A stretch of 62,443 nucleotides of DNA, filler included, from Choristocarpus tenellus KU-1152 (Eukaryota; Protista; Phaeophyceae), in the NCBI GenBank assembly GCA_964200185.2. It is 11 parts of 11 records of this genome, joined end to end, with 100 filler letters (N's around TTAATTAATTAA, not from the genome) between each part and the next. Parts side by side here need not be neighbours in the genome. Positions count along the whole stretch, not along the records: positions 7,238 to 12,979 come from CAXNAD020009865.1; positions 13,080 to 22,906 come from CAXNAD020003361.1; positions 23,007 to 26,089 come from CAXNAD020022444.1; 8 more parts are not named here. One strand, given 5' to 3'. Shown here one piece after another: positions 10,493 through 23,089 of the stretch. Both the position numbers and the translations under genes were made by a program. Under the pieces are notes generated by a model that made no database searches, had not been told where the DNA came from, and saw nothing but the letters and a program-made list of their open reading frames with translations. Numbering within the stretch: position 1 is the stretch's first letter; the number at the start of each line of letters is the position of its first letter.

Positions 10493-12525
10493 TTGATCGG
10501 TCAAAAGGTCATCTCTCCTATCTAACAACGTAGTGGTAGCTTCAAGGTTGACACTAAAGTTGAGAAAGATGGCATTCACGAGAATGTCGACATAGGTCGA
10601 CGTACGACGATGTATTGGAATGAATGATATCGTGCTTCTTGATTCAATACAAAACATCAAGAAATGTACCTTCTTGTCATTAACCAATCCTTCCCTTTCA
10701 ATTTCGACTTTCTGTGTGTGCCGCTGCGGGTTCGAGGCTGACTGATATCGGATAATATAATTCCGCATGGTGAGAAGTACAACCGAATGTAAAATGTATA
10801 GATGTAGTTACATTATACCCTTGCCAGTGCTACTACTATTACACTGTGAATATATTCTGTCGGTTGCTATACACCACAAAAATGTCGAACCAAGATCGAG
10901 GTCGCAACGTCAAAGTAGTTCCACTACTACTACTCCTTCAAGATTTGAGGGAGGAGGAACGACGACTGGTGGGGAAGTGCTGAACCCGACGTGCGAGAAG
11001 CAAGGCATGTACGGAGTCAGTGCAACTAGTCGTAGTTAGCGGTAGTGCAAAGAGTACTTTACTTAGCGTGGTTAGTATAAGTAGTCCAGTGTGTTGTAGT
11101 GCTGACATTTTGGAGAAGATGGTCATATATAAACGAAGAATTTTGAAACTCAGAAAAAGAAGAAACATAAGGCAAAGAAAACAACACCACAACTAGACAT
11201 AATAGAGTGTATTTGAATACAAGAAAACAAGAAAACAAGAAAAGTAAAATTAAAATACTATTACTGAAGTATTTTACTTGATACTACTCCTAGTAGACAC
11301 TATGAAGGAGGCAGTCGAGAAGCAAGGAAAGAATCTCACGAGTCAGTCAAGCCCCTTCAGGCCCACCAACCCAGTGTCTCTCATTTACGTCATTCTAAAA
11401 ATGTGTATGGTGCACGTGAATATCATATGTCGTAACTCCCTTGATCAGATATTGTTTTTACACTACCTCCGTGCCATAAGTCTGTGCCGCGCTGTCCATA
11501 ACTTTTGAAGATGGTGAAATTCATTTCTGAAAGAAGATTTGGAATCCCTGACGAATTTCTAGTTAGGATCAGCTCTTTTTCTATTAGTATTCATCACCCA
11601 TCACAATTTTAGCAACCATAGAAAAGGTTTCCATATCTACCTTCTTCGGTGTGTTCTCAAGCTCACCAGACAACTGCCTCTTCCTTACCTCTGTGTGCTC
11701 CACACTGAAGTCATTCCCCCCTTTGTATCTAAGTATTCGATTGTACACCACAAAAAGGAGCTGCCAAGCCCTCTAAAGTGTGGTTTCATCATACTCCCCA
11801 TACTGTTTCTTAATGACCTTCACCATCTCCTCGACAGATCCAAACCACTCCCCCATCACCCGGCATTTCAAAGACCTGAAGAAGCATTGTCCATTACATT
11901 GAGGTCGGAGGAGTTAGATAGCTGAGTGACAAGCCTAATCGACCACTCCTCAGTCTTCCCTACCCCTGACAAGATTTCTGAGTTGCCCTTGCCCGTGTGG
12001 GGGGTGGCACTGTCTTGCTGAACGATCATTTGCTTCCCCTGCAACCAAGGTATCTTGGTCTTGATTGCAGGCAGTAATTCCTCCGCGTATCACTTTCTGT
12101 ACCACAAATGGTCTAAAGTACAGTCGTGCTCATACACATCCCCCTTTTTATGGTTCTTGCTTGTCCTGTCTGCCGTTTTTGGAGCACACGCAAGCCAAAC
12201 ACCAAGCTTTCCATCAAAGCTGTGAGCCGAATCTGGGCGGGGGTTGGTTGCAATGATTGTGGTTTGGGGATATAACTCTTGTTGTGCTGCACAGTAGGGG
12301 ACGATGGAAGGTAGCTATCATCCTCATCATGCGGAAATTTACTAACCCTTTCCCCGTCAGCCATCACGTAAAACCAGGTTTCATCCACATGAATCGTGTT
12401 TGCCATGGAGGCATACACACCACGTTTCTGGCCCACTTGATGGCAAACAAAGTCCATTCTCCATAACTTTTGCCGCGATTTACGCTTGAGTTTGATCCAG
12501 TAACGATTCGGCATGGCCCCCATAT

Positions 12526-12964
12526 GGCTCAAGAGTGAAAGTATCTTAGAGGGTACGAATTTTTCCCTGTTTGTCCATTTGGGGCTTGGCTTCCCACGGG
12601 TTTTTAAAGACATTTTCCTACTCCGAAATGTTTCAAAGTAGGTAAAATGTGTATGTTATGAAAGAGTGTGTTCAGAACAAGGATATTGACACTTCCTAAC
12701 ACATACAATAACCAAAAACACATCAAAATCGCAACATTGTATTTTGGCCCCCAAACGGACGCGGCTCTATCCTCTTGGATACTTTGACTCTCAAAGTATC
12801 TGGTGTGGGGGCTGGCGGCTGTCCATTTGGGGTCATTTTTTTCATGTCACGATATTTGTGTGATTTTGTTGCATACATCGGATGGATTATGTAAGTGCAC
12901 CTTTCCTGGTCATGGTCCAAATGGACACCCTGGTGTAGACCCCCCCCCCCAGATACTTTGGGTC
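12526..12964 (-). mobile_element. MITE family B split by a family A insertion
   Basis: GGCTCAA[A element]TCAAAGTATCTGG ... CCAGATACTTTGGGTC; TSD ATAT at 12522-12525 and 12965-12968. Confidence 0.9.
12533..12790 (+). mobile_element. MITE family A, full length
   Basis: GAGTGAAAGTATCTTAGAGGGTA ... GGATACTTTGACTC; TSD TCAA at 12529-12532 and 12791-12794. Confidence 0.9.
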
Positions 12965-13079
12965 ATATCATCTAACCACNNNNNNNNNNNNNNNNNNNNN
13001 NNNNNNNNNNNNNNNNNNNNNNNTTAATTAATTAANNNNNNNNNNNNNNNNNNNNNNNNNNNNNNNNNNNNNNNNNNNN

Positions 13080-13172
13080 CGGACGAATTGCTCAAAAATC
13101 GTAGCAATTCGTCCGGACCGAAACGGACGCCCACTCACAAACCACCACCCCCCCCCCAAGATACTTTGACCC
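13080..13172. mobile_element. MITE family C-like right end, truncated by gap
   Basis: GACCGAAACGGACGCCC...CCCCCAAGATACTTTGACCC, as at 1-74. Confidence 0.75.
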
Positions 13173-14382
13173 ATTGAGGTGGAGGGACAACCGCTTTGAT
13201 GGACTACATCTCTCTCTCAAGAGTCCTGAAGACCATGTTGTCCATGCCATCTCTGAAACAGGGAAGGGAGAGGTACCTAAACGAACATTGTCATCCTCCA
13301 AAAATAGGATAATGAGAAATCGATCTGTTGTGGACTTTCCCTAAGCTCTGTGAGTGCATCATGCATGTTACTTTTTTCTGCATATTGCTTGCGTGCTTCC
13401 ATACCAAATTTCGTCATTATACTAACCTCACTCCTTTGTCTTTTCATGAACCTCTCCCCTCCGACATACTACAGCATTCCTCCATCATTGGGTTTGAACA
13501 AGGTTCTCTTACGCGTATCACACCTACGACCTCCAACATCATTATCTATGCTGCTTCTTATACCACACAAGGTCAAGGACTCTTTCATAGAAACTCCTCG
13601 GGGTGAAGGGCATACCAGAACAAAACAAACGATATCCTTTGTTGCATCCAACATTGACAGAGTACATCCCACACTGACTTCAACTGAATGTCTCACATAT
13701 GCACACGGATGGAAGAGTATTTTTTACTCAATTTCAGACTTTTTCTCTTTTGAATGGTGTCATCAAAATTGCGAGGAATTTGCCAGACATCAACCTACAT
13801 ACATTTCTTGAATCCCTCAGATGTGGCAAATTGCTAATTTCGACATGGAGGAACTCTTTTCTCTGTCTGGGAGAGGGACTTAAGCACAACTGCAGTCCAT
13901 CGTCTGGTATTGCATCAGAAACATGGGCAAAGTATACATACTCCCGTGGACACTGAGAGTTGACTGTTGAATGCTCTTACAGTAACTTAAGCGTGTATTA
14001 TATGGCAAAGTACGTTCTCCCATATATTAATGTTATTCACTCCACGCACTGTGTTCGGTAACCAGCATTGAGAATAGCACCATTATTTCTTACACTGGCG
14101 CACCACAAAAGAGACAATACTCACAGTATCCGCTGCTTCGACCATAGCAGGTGTCCAATAGAGTATAAACTAATTTCATACTACGTGATAAGCACATGAT
14201 ATACAACACACGATCGCCTCGTGTTAGATGTGTGTTAGGTGTTCAACAGAATGCATACTGCACTGTAAAATTGACAAATACCTTCCCAGTGCAATTTTTT
14301 CAAGAATACATGGAAGGTGCGTCTGATTTTAAGAAAAGGTAGTGGTGATGGATGGCGAGCGGTAGCAGTGTGCTGTGCTACT

Positions 14383-14639
14383 GAGCAAAAATATCTTAGA
14401 GGGTACGAGTTTTGCCCTGTTTGTCCATTTGGGGCTTGGTTTCCATGGGTTTTTTTATGACATTTTCCTACTCCAAAATGTTTCTGAGTAGGTAAAATTT
14501 ATACGTTATGAAAAGGTGTGTCGGGGACAAGGATATTGACACTTCCTAACGAACACGACAGACAAAATTACATCAAAATCGCAAAGTTGGATTTTGGCCC
14601 CAAATGGACGCGCCCCTACCCTCTAAGATAATTTGGGTC
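14383..14639 (+). mobile_element. MITE family A, full length
   Basis: GAGCAAAAATATCTTAGAGGGTA ... TACCCTCTAAGATAATTTGGGTC; flanks ACT/ACT. Confidence 0.9.
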
Positions 14640-15861
14640 ACTCTCCTACAGCCTTTTGAAGGGTGTGGATGAGCAGTAGCATTGGAAGACATGCCGTGGC
14701 AAGTGTTGCAAAGGGAAAGCTTCAAGTTGTGCTTCCGCATACCTCATAAAATTACACACTTCAAGAAGATGACAAAAGGTATTCGTGGTCTTCAGGGAAA
14801 GGATGTGATCAGGGCAGGGGAAATGGAGCTGTAAGAACCTGTAGTATTGCTGGAACAGAATTGGTTTAAAGTGGGAGTGAGAAAAATATTTCAACGAATT
14901 GTTGCGAAAACCAAAGGAGAACGCCAGTTCTTCCAATTAATGTAGGTGGTGAAAAGTCTAAATTGTTACACAAAATGTACGTAGTTATGGGTGTGTAGTA
15001 GTGATGGTGATATTGTAATATTGTTGCTGGAGCATTTACGAAGAGTTGTTTGTGAGAAAAAACATGGTAAGGAAGTTGCAATAATTCAAGGTACTGCAAC
15101 ACATAGTAGATCTGAGGTCCCAAATTGGAGTCCGGAAAAAGTGCCCAAAATAAGTGAAATCGCTGAGATTTCGTTATCAGAACACATAAAAATGACTCAA
15201 AATTTACCTGAAAATATCGCTTTTCAAAAATCAGACTTGATTTTTGTTGCTACCCTATCTATAGTTCTGCGCCCCCCTCACGTACACCAAGCCTCCCAAG
15301 AAGATTTCACTATAATTCTTTCCTTCTTTGAGCCAATTCTTGCTCCTAATTGTAAGGTCTTGCTGCTGCACACGTCTTGCCTGTAATGCACCACAGCTAG
15401 AAGACCACACACGTATCTTTTCTGTGTTGTTTTCTGCATGAAATGCTCTAGTCTACTCTAGAGCAAATTTCAGCAAACTGTAGCACCCTGTACAAGGCAT
15501 TGGTGCTCTGTAGCACTGCACAGTGGTTGTTATCACAATCATTAGTGCCCTGTCGTACTACGAACAAATTTCTTGCGTGTCTGAGATTGAGGGGAGGGGA
15601 GTTGTATTATTTGTGCATATCTTCAATCCATAGAGACTCTTGTTTTTGCTGTGCTACACCCCAAAGCTGAGGAACAAGTTAGTGCATCAAGTCTTGAGAG
15701 TTCTTGATGCTTGCCTGTTGAATGAATAGTGAAGTGTGCAATGATATGCTTTCAATATAGTCACAATTCCAATTTCTCCTGACCCAAAATGAAAGCAGAA
15801 CAACCTCCACAGCTCTTTTAAGATCCTAGTGGGGCACAGTACATACAACACAATGAAATAT

Positions 15862-16161
15862 GACTCAAAGTATCTGTGGGGGGGGGGGGCTAGCGTTAGG
15901 GATGTGGTGTTGTGTTTTGTGTAAAGATCTGNNNNNNNNNNAACTGCCAGTGGGCAAAAGAACAAACAACAAAATAAAAGATTGATCAAAGTATCTGGGG
16001 GGGGGGGGGGGGTCTACACCAGAGTGTCCATGTGGACAAAAACCAGGAAAAGTGCACCAACATTATCCATCCGACGTATGCAACCAAAGCACCCAAAAAT
16101 CGCGACATGAAAAATTTGCCCCCAAATGGACAACCGCCACCCCCCCCAGATAGTTTGAGCC
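15862..16161 (+). mobile_element. MITE family B (15983-16161) plus an extra left terminus at 15862-15889, around a small gap
   Basis: GACTCAAAGTATCTGTGGG; TGATCAAAGTATCTGGG ... CCCAGATAGTTTGAGCC; body matches 1585-1767. Confidence 0.85.
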
Positions 16162-16985
16162 GTATATACTACTTCAAAATATGTGTAGTATTAAACGCCA
16201 TGCCCCATTGATCATATATAGGAATTGTGTAGATTTGAGTGCAATTGTTTCACACTTTTTTTATTTGCTATAATTTGCTACTTTCAGGATTCTGAGAAGG
16301 TGGCACTGTATTGTATTATCAGCAGGGAGAAGGAGAGTACAAGGGAACACACAACGAAAACAAAGAGTGAGCTTGTGGAGGTGTTTTCAGTAGTGCCCAG
16401 TAACAGAGGAGACTGTAAAACGAGTGAACTCACATATCGTATGATTTGTTGCAATTGACGCCGAGAACAATCTATAGAAGCCACAGACAAATCGGTGGCA
16501 TCAAACTTGAACATGTGTAATCTGTACAAGAAAGTTGTGCGCATATACTATAGGCAATTCCTTTAAAAAAAACATCACTGTGTGACAACTTGTGTGTTCC
16601 ACTCTGCTCGGGCTTGTACAATAGATGCTCTACACAGAAAATGATTCCAACTCTGAAGATATGGGTCAGATCATTGAGGGAGGTAACCCCTTTGATCAAG
16701 TGCATTGATATAGAGGATCTTGGGATCCATGAGATTCATGATGAAATAACACCGTGAGCAACAGTTCCCCATGGCACAATGTATCATTATTCCAAATGCC
16801 TGCATTTGTCTGTAGGCATTGAAATAATGGGAGTGAGTTCACATAGACTTTGGATTCTCAAGTGTGGACATTGCAATGAGGAAGTCGAATCGGGGAATTT
16901 TTTTATTGGAAATCTGTCACCTGTGCATCCACCTACTCAAGACTGCCATTGAAAATTACACAAGGAGAACCAGTGAGGCAACTCC

Positions 16986-17693
16986 TCATTCAGCGCTCTC
17001 AGCCACATCCTCAAAAATGTCATCACCATACTCAGAATCTGCAGTGTCGTTCTCTTTGCTGTCACTATTAACCTCAGCAACATCATGGCCGCCTTCTCCC
17101 TTTTCACTGCTCACTGGTCTCCCACCTTCTCCTTCACAAAGAGTTGCTACAAACTTGCCTTCCCCTCCTATGAAGATTCTTCCCCTGTGTCCCTCCTCCT
17201 CTGCACTAGAATGTAAGCCATGGATTTTCTTTAACTCCTTCTCTCCATCCTCCTCTCCTTCATCATTCCTTGCCACAAGTGCCAGGCATGGAGAGCTTAT
17301 CGTCCCAGCAATTGAGGGATCAGTGGAGCTCGCACTTCTGCTACTTCTGACCCCCAACACTTCTAGCACAGTACCCTCTTCCATGACAACCCCCACTACC
17401 TCATTGAGAAAGCCACTTGCTGACTCGGTTGCAGTTGTAGTCTCTCCTGATCCTTCAGTCACTATCCTAGCCGCTCCCTCTCTTTCTTCTTTAAAATACA
17501 TGCCAGTGAGGAGCATATTTGGATATACAGTGTCAGATGCAAAATCTAAAGTTTTCTGTTCTAAATCCTCTTGCCCTGTTGTAAATGCCAAGTACAAAGA
17601 GCTCATTATTCCAGGAATGGGAGCATCAGCATAGAAATCATAACTACTCCTGGCCCCTAACCTCTCAATTCGCGACTCCCTCTGCAGTACCAA
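16986..17693 (-). CDS. Acidic low-complexity ORF, probable C-terminal continuation of the 17705-21296 protein
   Basis: 235-codon open frame with the same E/S/G-rich composition, starting 12 nt past the upstream stop in another frame; ends DSEYGDDIFEDVAESAE*. Confidence 0.45.
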   Translation of the reverse strand: MVLQRESRIERLGARSSYDFYADAPIPGIMSSLYLAFTTGQEDLEQKTLDFASDTVYPNMLLTGMYFKEEREGAARIVTEGSGETTTATESASGFLNEVVGVVMEEGTVLEVLGVRSSRSASSTDPSIAGTISSPCLALVARNDEGEEDGEKELKKIHGLHSSAEEEGHRGRIFIGGEGKFVATLCEGEGGRPVSSEKGEGGHDVAEVNSDSKENDTADSEYGDDIFEDVAESAE

Positions 17694-17704
17694 TGCCCAC
17701 TAAC

Positions 17705-20700
17705 TCAGGTACTAGTGCTTGTTGTCCTCTCACCGACTGTTGTAGCCACTCCAGGTGTTCCAGCCTCTGTCTCCATCGCCACCTCACTTTCCCTTTGGTG
17801 ATCTGTGTCGTTGAGAAGTTCCTTTGGGGACTCAATGCCAGACAAATAATTCATAGATTGCCGACCTACATCCACCTTCCCTGCAGCAAAATCCAGAGAT
17901 GGAGATCGCATTATTCCATTGATGGAGAGGTTAGCGGAGCAATCACTACTACTCCTCTTGGCCCTTGAAATAATTCCTGTCACACTCTCTACCATGCCAA
18001 CCTCCGCTATCTCTGTGTCAGATCCTGTTGCCACCCTGACTGCAGCCCCTACTTGTGCACCAGATGTAGCCTTTATTGCTGCCTCACAATCCCCATCGTG
18101 ATCTTTGACACGTACATTATTGTGGGGGGATATGAAATCTGAGGTGCAGCTCACATTTTTCCGCTCCTGTGTCCCGACTACTTCATCCCTGATCGCCCCT
18201 TTCACATCCTGAGAATTATTATTGATACAGTCTAGATCTCCTTCGACCGTCCTGAATATTTCCTGTCCTGTCAATTCTAACTCGTAGTCTCTGCTCTTCT
18301 CTGACCTCATCATCACAGACACATTCCTGCTTATCAGTGGAGAAGATTGATTTGAGTGATCGTGTGTAAGCTCTCCTCCCAATACATCAGGATTTCGGTT
18401 GTCTACTATTTTTTCGGACCTATCTGGCATTCTTTTACTACCTGCTTCTATCAGCAGCCTAACCTCTGGCAGCTTGTCACTGCCTTCCTGGTTCCTTACC
18501 CCCCTAGGAGATACACTTGATATGCCTTCCTTCGTCTCTTGCCCAAATCCACCGGAACTCTGCTGGAATTCCTCCTGGGGCAAGACCCCTGCCAACCCTT
18601 CCTGATCTAGGGAAAGTCTTGTCCTCCCCATCGAATGAGGTGACAATTCCCGTGGCACTTCATGTGGGGGTTGAGAATAGTTGCAGTACGGACTATTGTG
18701 AGGTGTAACCAAGGAAGTCAAGGTGGATATTTCTGCTGTTGACACAGCAGTACCCTCGCCGCAACTGCCCTCTGTTCCTAACATGCAATCCTCCTTCAAT
18801 ACTTGTACTCCAACAGCTGCAGCACACATAATTTCGTGGGTGGAAAGTATTGCCCCCAGTGGCCCTGGCTCTCCCACTTGATCTACAGGTTCATTTTCTT
18901 TTAGTGGTTGGCTCGTTTCACCATCCAAGTGAGTTGTAGTTCCAGATATGTGCAACAAGGTAGGCATCTGCCCCTCACACCACAATCCTCTGGTTTCTGG
19001 ATTGCTATCTTTTGTAATATCACGAATCTCCGAGGATGACACTTTCCCAGTGAAGGTAGTACAACCTTCTGGCTTTCCAGTTGGAATATTCTTCAACCAG
19101 TTTCCTGAATCCGACCTCCACCACTCATTGTAGCGTGACCGCAAAGCTGCCTCATCCTGATGATCCTTCCTCATTGCTCCTGTTCCTACACATGGGTCTT
19201 CACTCGCACTTTCCTGTTCTATGTCAATGGCCACCGAGTTGTCTCCTATTGGCAAGCAGGCCCCTGGTCCAGGTCGTTCAACCTGTTCAGCGACTGTTTG
19301 TTGCAGATGGTCACCCATTGCACCAGACCCATCTGTCTTGTCCTCATTTGTGCTGGAGATATTTCTGCCCGTCGTAGATTCACCTCGCGACACTTCCTTT
19401 CGTGCTGAAGTTGCATGACCACTTGTACAGCCCTCACTAGCGGATGTTCTTCTGTTGGATATGGAAGTTTTTCTTCCCACCAACAATTCATTCATTTCCG
19501 GAAGGGATATCCTGGGGACTGAAATTTCATTGAGCAACGCCAACGCCTCGCAGTGCTCGGACTTGAGTTCCCCAAGGTCCTTACTCTTGCGGAGACCTTT
19601 TGGGTAGATATCCATTGATGCAGGATGGAAGGAATGCTGGGTCCCATTCTTTTTATCGAATGGGATGGACTGTTCTGCTCTTTGGGATGTTGACGGTATT
19701 CCATTCTGCCCATTTCCTACACTTATTACTTCAGACCCAACAGCTTGTCGCCGGCTCTTCTCTTGGTTACCTTGAATCTGTCCTGACCCTCTTTGCTTGG
19801 GGTTGCCGAGATTGGAATCTCTGAGTTTGGTTCCTTTGGGGGTATGTGTACTCTCATGGCGCTGGTGAAGCAAAGGATGCCCACTGCGATTGCTGATAGT
19901 GCCAGAATGAACTTTTGATCGACTTTTCCGCAACGGTGGAAACCCTTTTGTCTCATTTGGAATGGCACCACAACCCCTATTGACAATTGTTCCTTCTGAA
20001 TCGGTTAAAGGTTTTCCATTTTTCCGACAGTTCACAGGTTGGGGAACACAGCCTCTCCCCCCCCTCCCCACAGGAGTGCTCCTTTGTTTGGCCTCCCCTT
20101 GGTCCAGTTTCAAACTGTTGTGATCGTGGACAGCACTCTGGACCTTTGTGGTACACCCAGGCGTCCCTGTGACTTGTCCTTGAATTCTATTTTCTTGCAA
20201 AAGTAGATCTTGGGTGCATGTGGTATTGGTCAGTCTAGATTCCAGCTTCAGCTTAGCGGCCTCAACTATTTTACCTAAGCTTGGGGCAAGGCACTTCTCC
20301 TCTTTAGGCGGGACTCCCAATGAGGGGCTTAAGCCACGATTTAAGGTGGCATCATCCTTGTGCTGCTTTATCTTCCTTGCATGCCTCCTCCCTCCTCGAT
20401 TTGTAACACTCCCCTCTATTATTGATATCTCCACCTTTCCACCAAATCCTCTCTTAGAGGAGCTTGGGAGCTGTTCGGTATTTATCCCTTCGGTGTTGTC
20501 AGCACAGTTTATGCAGTTTTTACAGTTGTCATACAAGTCGAGTGCAGATGGTTCCTCACTCGAAGCTAAGCCATAGGTGGTGATGCCCTTCTTGATATTT
20601 CTATCCTGCGTCTCGAAACTTCCAAGGGTGGAGGCGTACCCCATGTCATAGACCTTGGTATCTTCCTCTCCAAGAAAGCGAGCATGCAGATTTCCTTCAC

Positions 20701-21296
20701 AGATGCCATGATCATCATTATCACTTGACACCTGGTGTGAAGGACATGAGGGATCTGAGTCACGAGGATGTGACATGAACTCCCTTATCATGTCCATCGC
20801 TGGGCTACCACGTTCTTCCCAAACTTCTAATGTACCTTTTACACTGTGACTTACCACCCCTCTTCTGTAGGCGTCTCGATTCAAGTCTGAGGCCACATGT
20901 GATGGTCGATTATCTTCGAGACAGGAGGAAGGTAAGGGCACCTCAGGTGCTCCAATATTCCCAAAGGGGTGAGTAGGATAGGTGGGCTTGGCACACGGGA
21001 GTTTGCCCTTTGCAGGACGCTTTTTTCCGACACGAACAGCATAGTGGGTTCCTCCTTCTCTCCTCTGCCTTAGGTCGCACCCAACTCTGACACCGAATGG
21101 TTCCTCTGGATAATCACGCTCAAAACTTATTTTTAGCCTTTGATTTCTTCGCTGCTTTGAAACCTTGTGCTGAGCGACGGCCTTGCGATGACAGGTGTCA
21201 TTTCCCCCCATGAGTTTTTCCGATGCGAGGACTGACTTCACCTTCTGAAGACGATGCAAGCGTCCCTGCTCTTGCTCCAGATAAACAGCAGCGAGC
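17705..21296 (-). CDS. Very long exon of an uncharacterised, largely disordered protein (~1200 aa)
   Basis: 3.6-kb stop-free frame rich in S/G/E/K; plausible acceptor TCAG| at 21297; no domain recognised. Confidence 0.75.
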
Positions 21297-23006
21297 CTGA
21301 CAGATACATTATGCACAGGAATGAGATAAGATGTGTATTGCCTCCTTAGTCACACTTTCGTTACGATGACTGCGAAGAAGAAAGGAACACCTCTCTTCCA
21401 TGGTAGATATGCAGTGAAGATTCACATAGCCTGGGCTAAAATCGAATCGGGATCAAGGAGGCTACTATCTGTTTGCACAACCTCCTTGTTCCAAGGGATC
21501 GTTTGGCTCTATCCATCATCCAGTTCTCTCTCCGAGCCATCCCCCCTCCACCAGCAACAGGAGCCATATCCTCCCTCACACGGTCTTCCCAATCATCGAC
21601 CGTCATGAAAATTTAGTGACTTCTCCTTCATACACCAGTCCACGAGACTCGTGTTTGATTTCAGAAGGATAGGTTTTGTTTGTTTCAAACAATTAAGGTA
21701 ACCCGTTACCTTGTTTGTATTATTGTTAAAACCCTAACCTTCGGGCCTCCCACACAACAAAAAATCCATTAACTTTATTTTGTTCCCACACAATACTTGT
21801 AGCAAGACACTACATACCCATCCCAAACCCATCCTTACAATACCACTCAAGACTTGTGCATGACCTACGTGTAAAGGTGGAGCCTTCCAATCCCAATGGA
21901 AGTCAGGATTGCACGACCCAGTGGTCGTGAATCTGCTCCTCCAACGCAGGTGGTGGTCCAGAATGGAGGTGCAGGGTCAAAGAGGGTGAGAACCACGATA
22001 CTGGCGAAATGTGTAGACTATCTCAGGATAGCTTAGGGTCAATCAGCTATCATATAGTCTCGGATTGTACTGTTTTATCTTATCGTAAGTTTCGAACTCG
22101 CAGCGGTGCTCGATAACTTGCATAGAATAGAAGAGACCCTGTCCTTTATTTAAACTATTTGTTGTCCCTAAATTATATATCAACCGTTGTACGATGTATT
22201 CGACATTATGGAACACGAAGAAGGCTTTCCCTAGTCGAATCTGTGAGATTTCCCCGTTCCGGTAGTGGTTTTTTCATTTACATGTGTGGATGCTTATCCC
22301 ATTAGATATTGTGGCTTTCGTGCCTCTGGTGATGGTCGGTCAAGAGCAGTATCAAGACCGCTGTGTCCACCACGACACCATCGCTCAATTTTTCTTCAAT
22401 TATCTATTAATTCTCTTCTATACCAATCGCGCCATGCATTCAGCCCTCACGAGGGAGAAACTAACATTGTCGTGGCTCGACTAGTTTCTTGACCCTAGGT
22501 TGTTTCCTTTGGTACTGACCATTCAACCGACACTGCAAAATTAGTGTTCACTACGACAAACAAGAAACAACAGCATTTCTATAAACCCGTAGCCTGAGGA
22601 CACTCTTTCAACGTTTCCGCGTCATTTTCTCAGAAACGAGCAATTCAAGTCAGAGGAGGTGGTTCATTGCACCCACAACCAGGGCGGAAGAGGCCTCCTA
22701 CAGGAGATGGCAAAGGACAACTTGGGGCTGCCATTAGAGCCACCGGGGACAGAGGCATGGATCTGACAGGACCTGGGAACAAAGTAGCGGCTGCTCCAGC
22801 GACACAGGCTGTCCTTCCACCTATGACTGGTGGGGGGCGTGTTGGGGTCGGGGCGAAAAGGAAGACTGGGGGGCAGAACGTGGGTGTTAGAAATTCTAGT
22901 GGTGGCNNNNNNNNNNNNNNNNNNNNNNNNNNNNNNNNNNNNNNNNNNNNTTAATTAATTAANNNNNNNNNNNNNNNNNNNNNNNNNNNNNNNNNNNNNN
23001 NNNNNN

Positions 23007-23086
23007 TGTCATTAATAAAAACGTGGGAAGTCAAGCCCCAAACGGACAAACAGGGCAAAACTCGTACCCTCCAAGATACTATTGCA
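23007..23086 (-). mobile_element. MITE family A fragment next to gap
   Basis: AAGCCCCAAACGGACAAACAGGGCAAAACTCGTACCCTCCAAGATACT. Confidence 0.8.
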
Positions 23087-23089
23087 TTA

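Larger units (their letters stand above)
11590..12979 (-). pseudogene. Tc1/mariner DD39D (plant-mariner-like) transposase pseudogene, interrupted by nested MITEs
   Basis: IHVDETWFYV, KSYIPK, PRPD...FDGKLGVW, IVQQDSATPH, NSSDLNVMD, GGNDFSVEH; multiple stops and frameshifts. Confidence 0.85.

Noticed and set aside
8996-10768. Endogenous giant-virus insertion suggested by EsV-1-7 repeats
   Set aside because: No viral hallmark genes or dense intronless gene cluster nearby
16864-20576. Ser/Leu/Pro-rich plus-strand ORFs
   Set aside because: Antisense shadows of the long minus-strand ORFs
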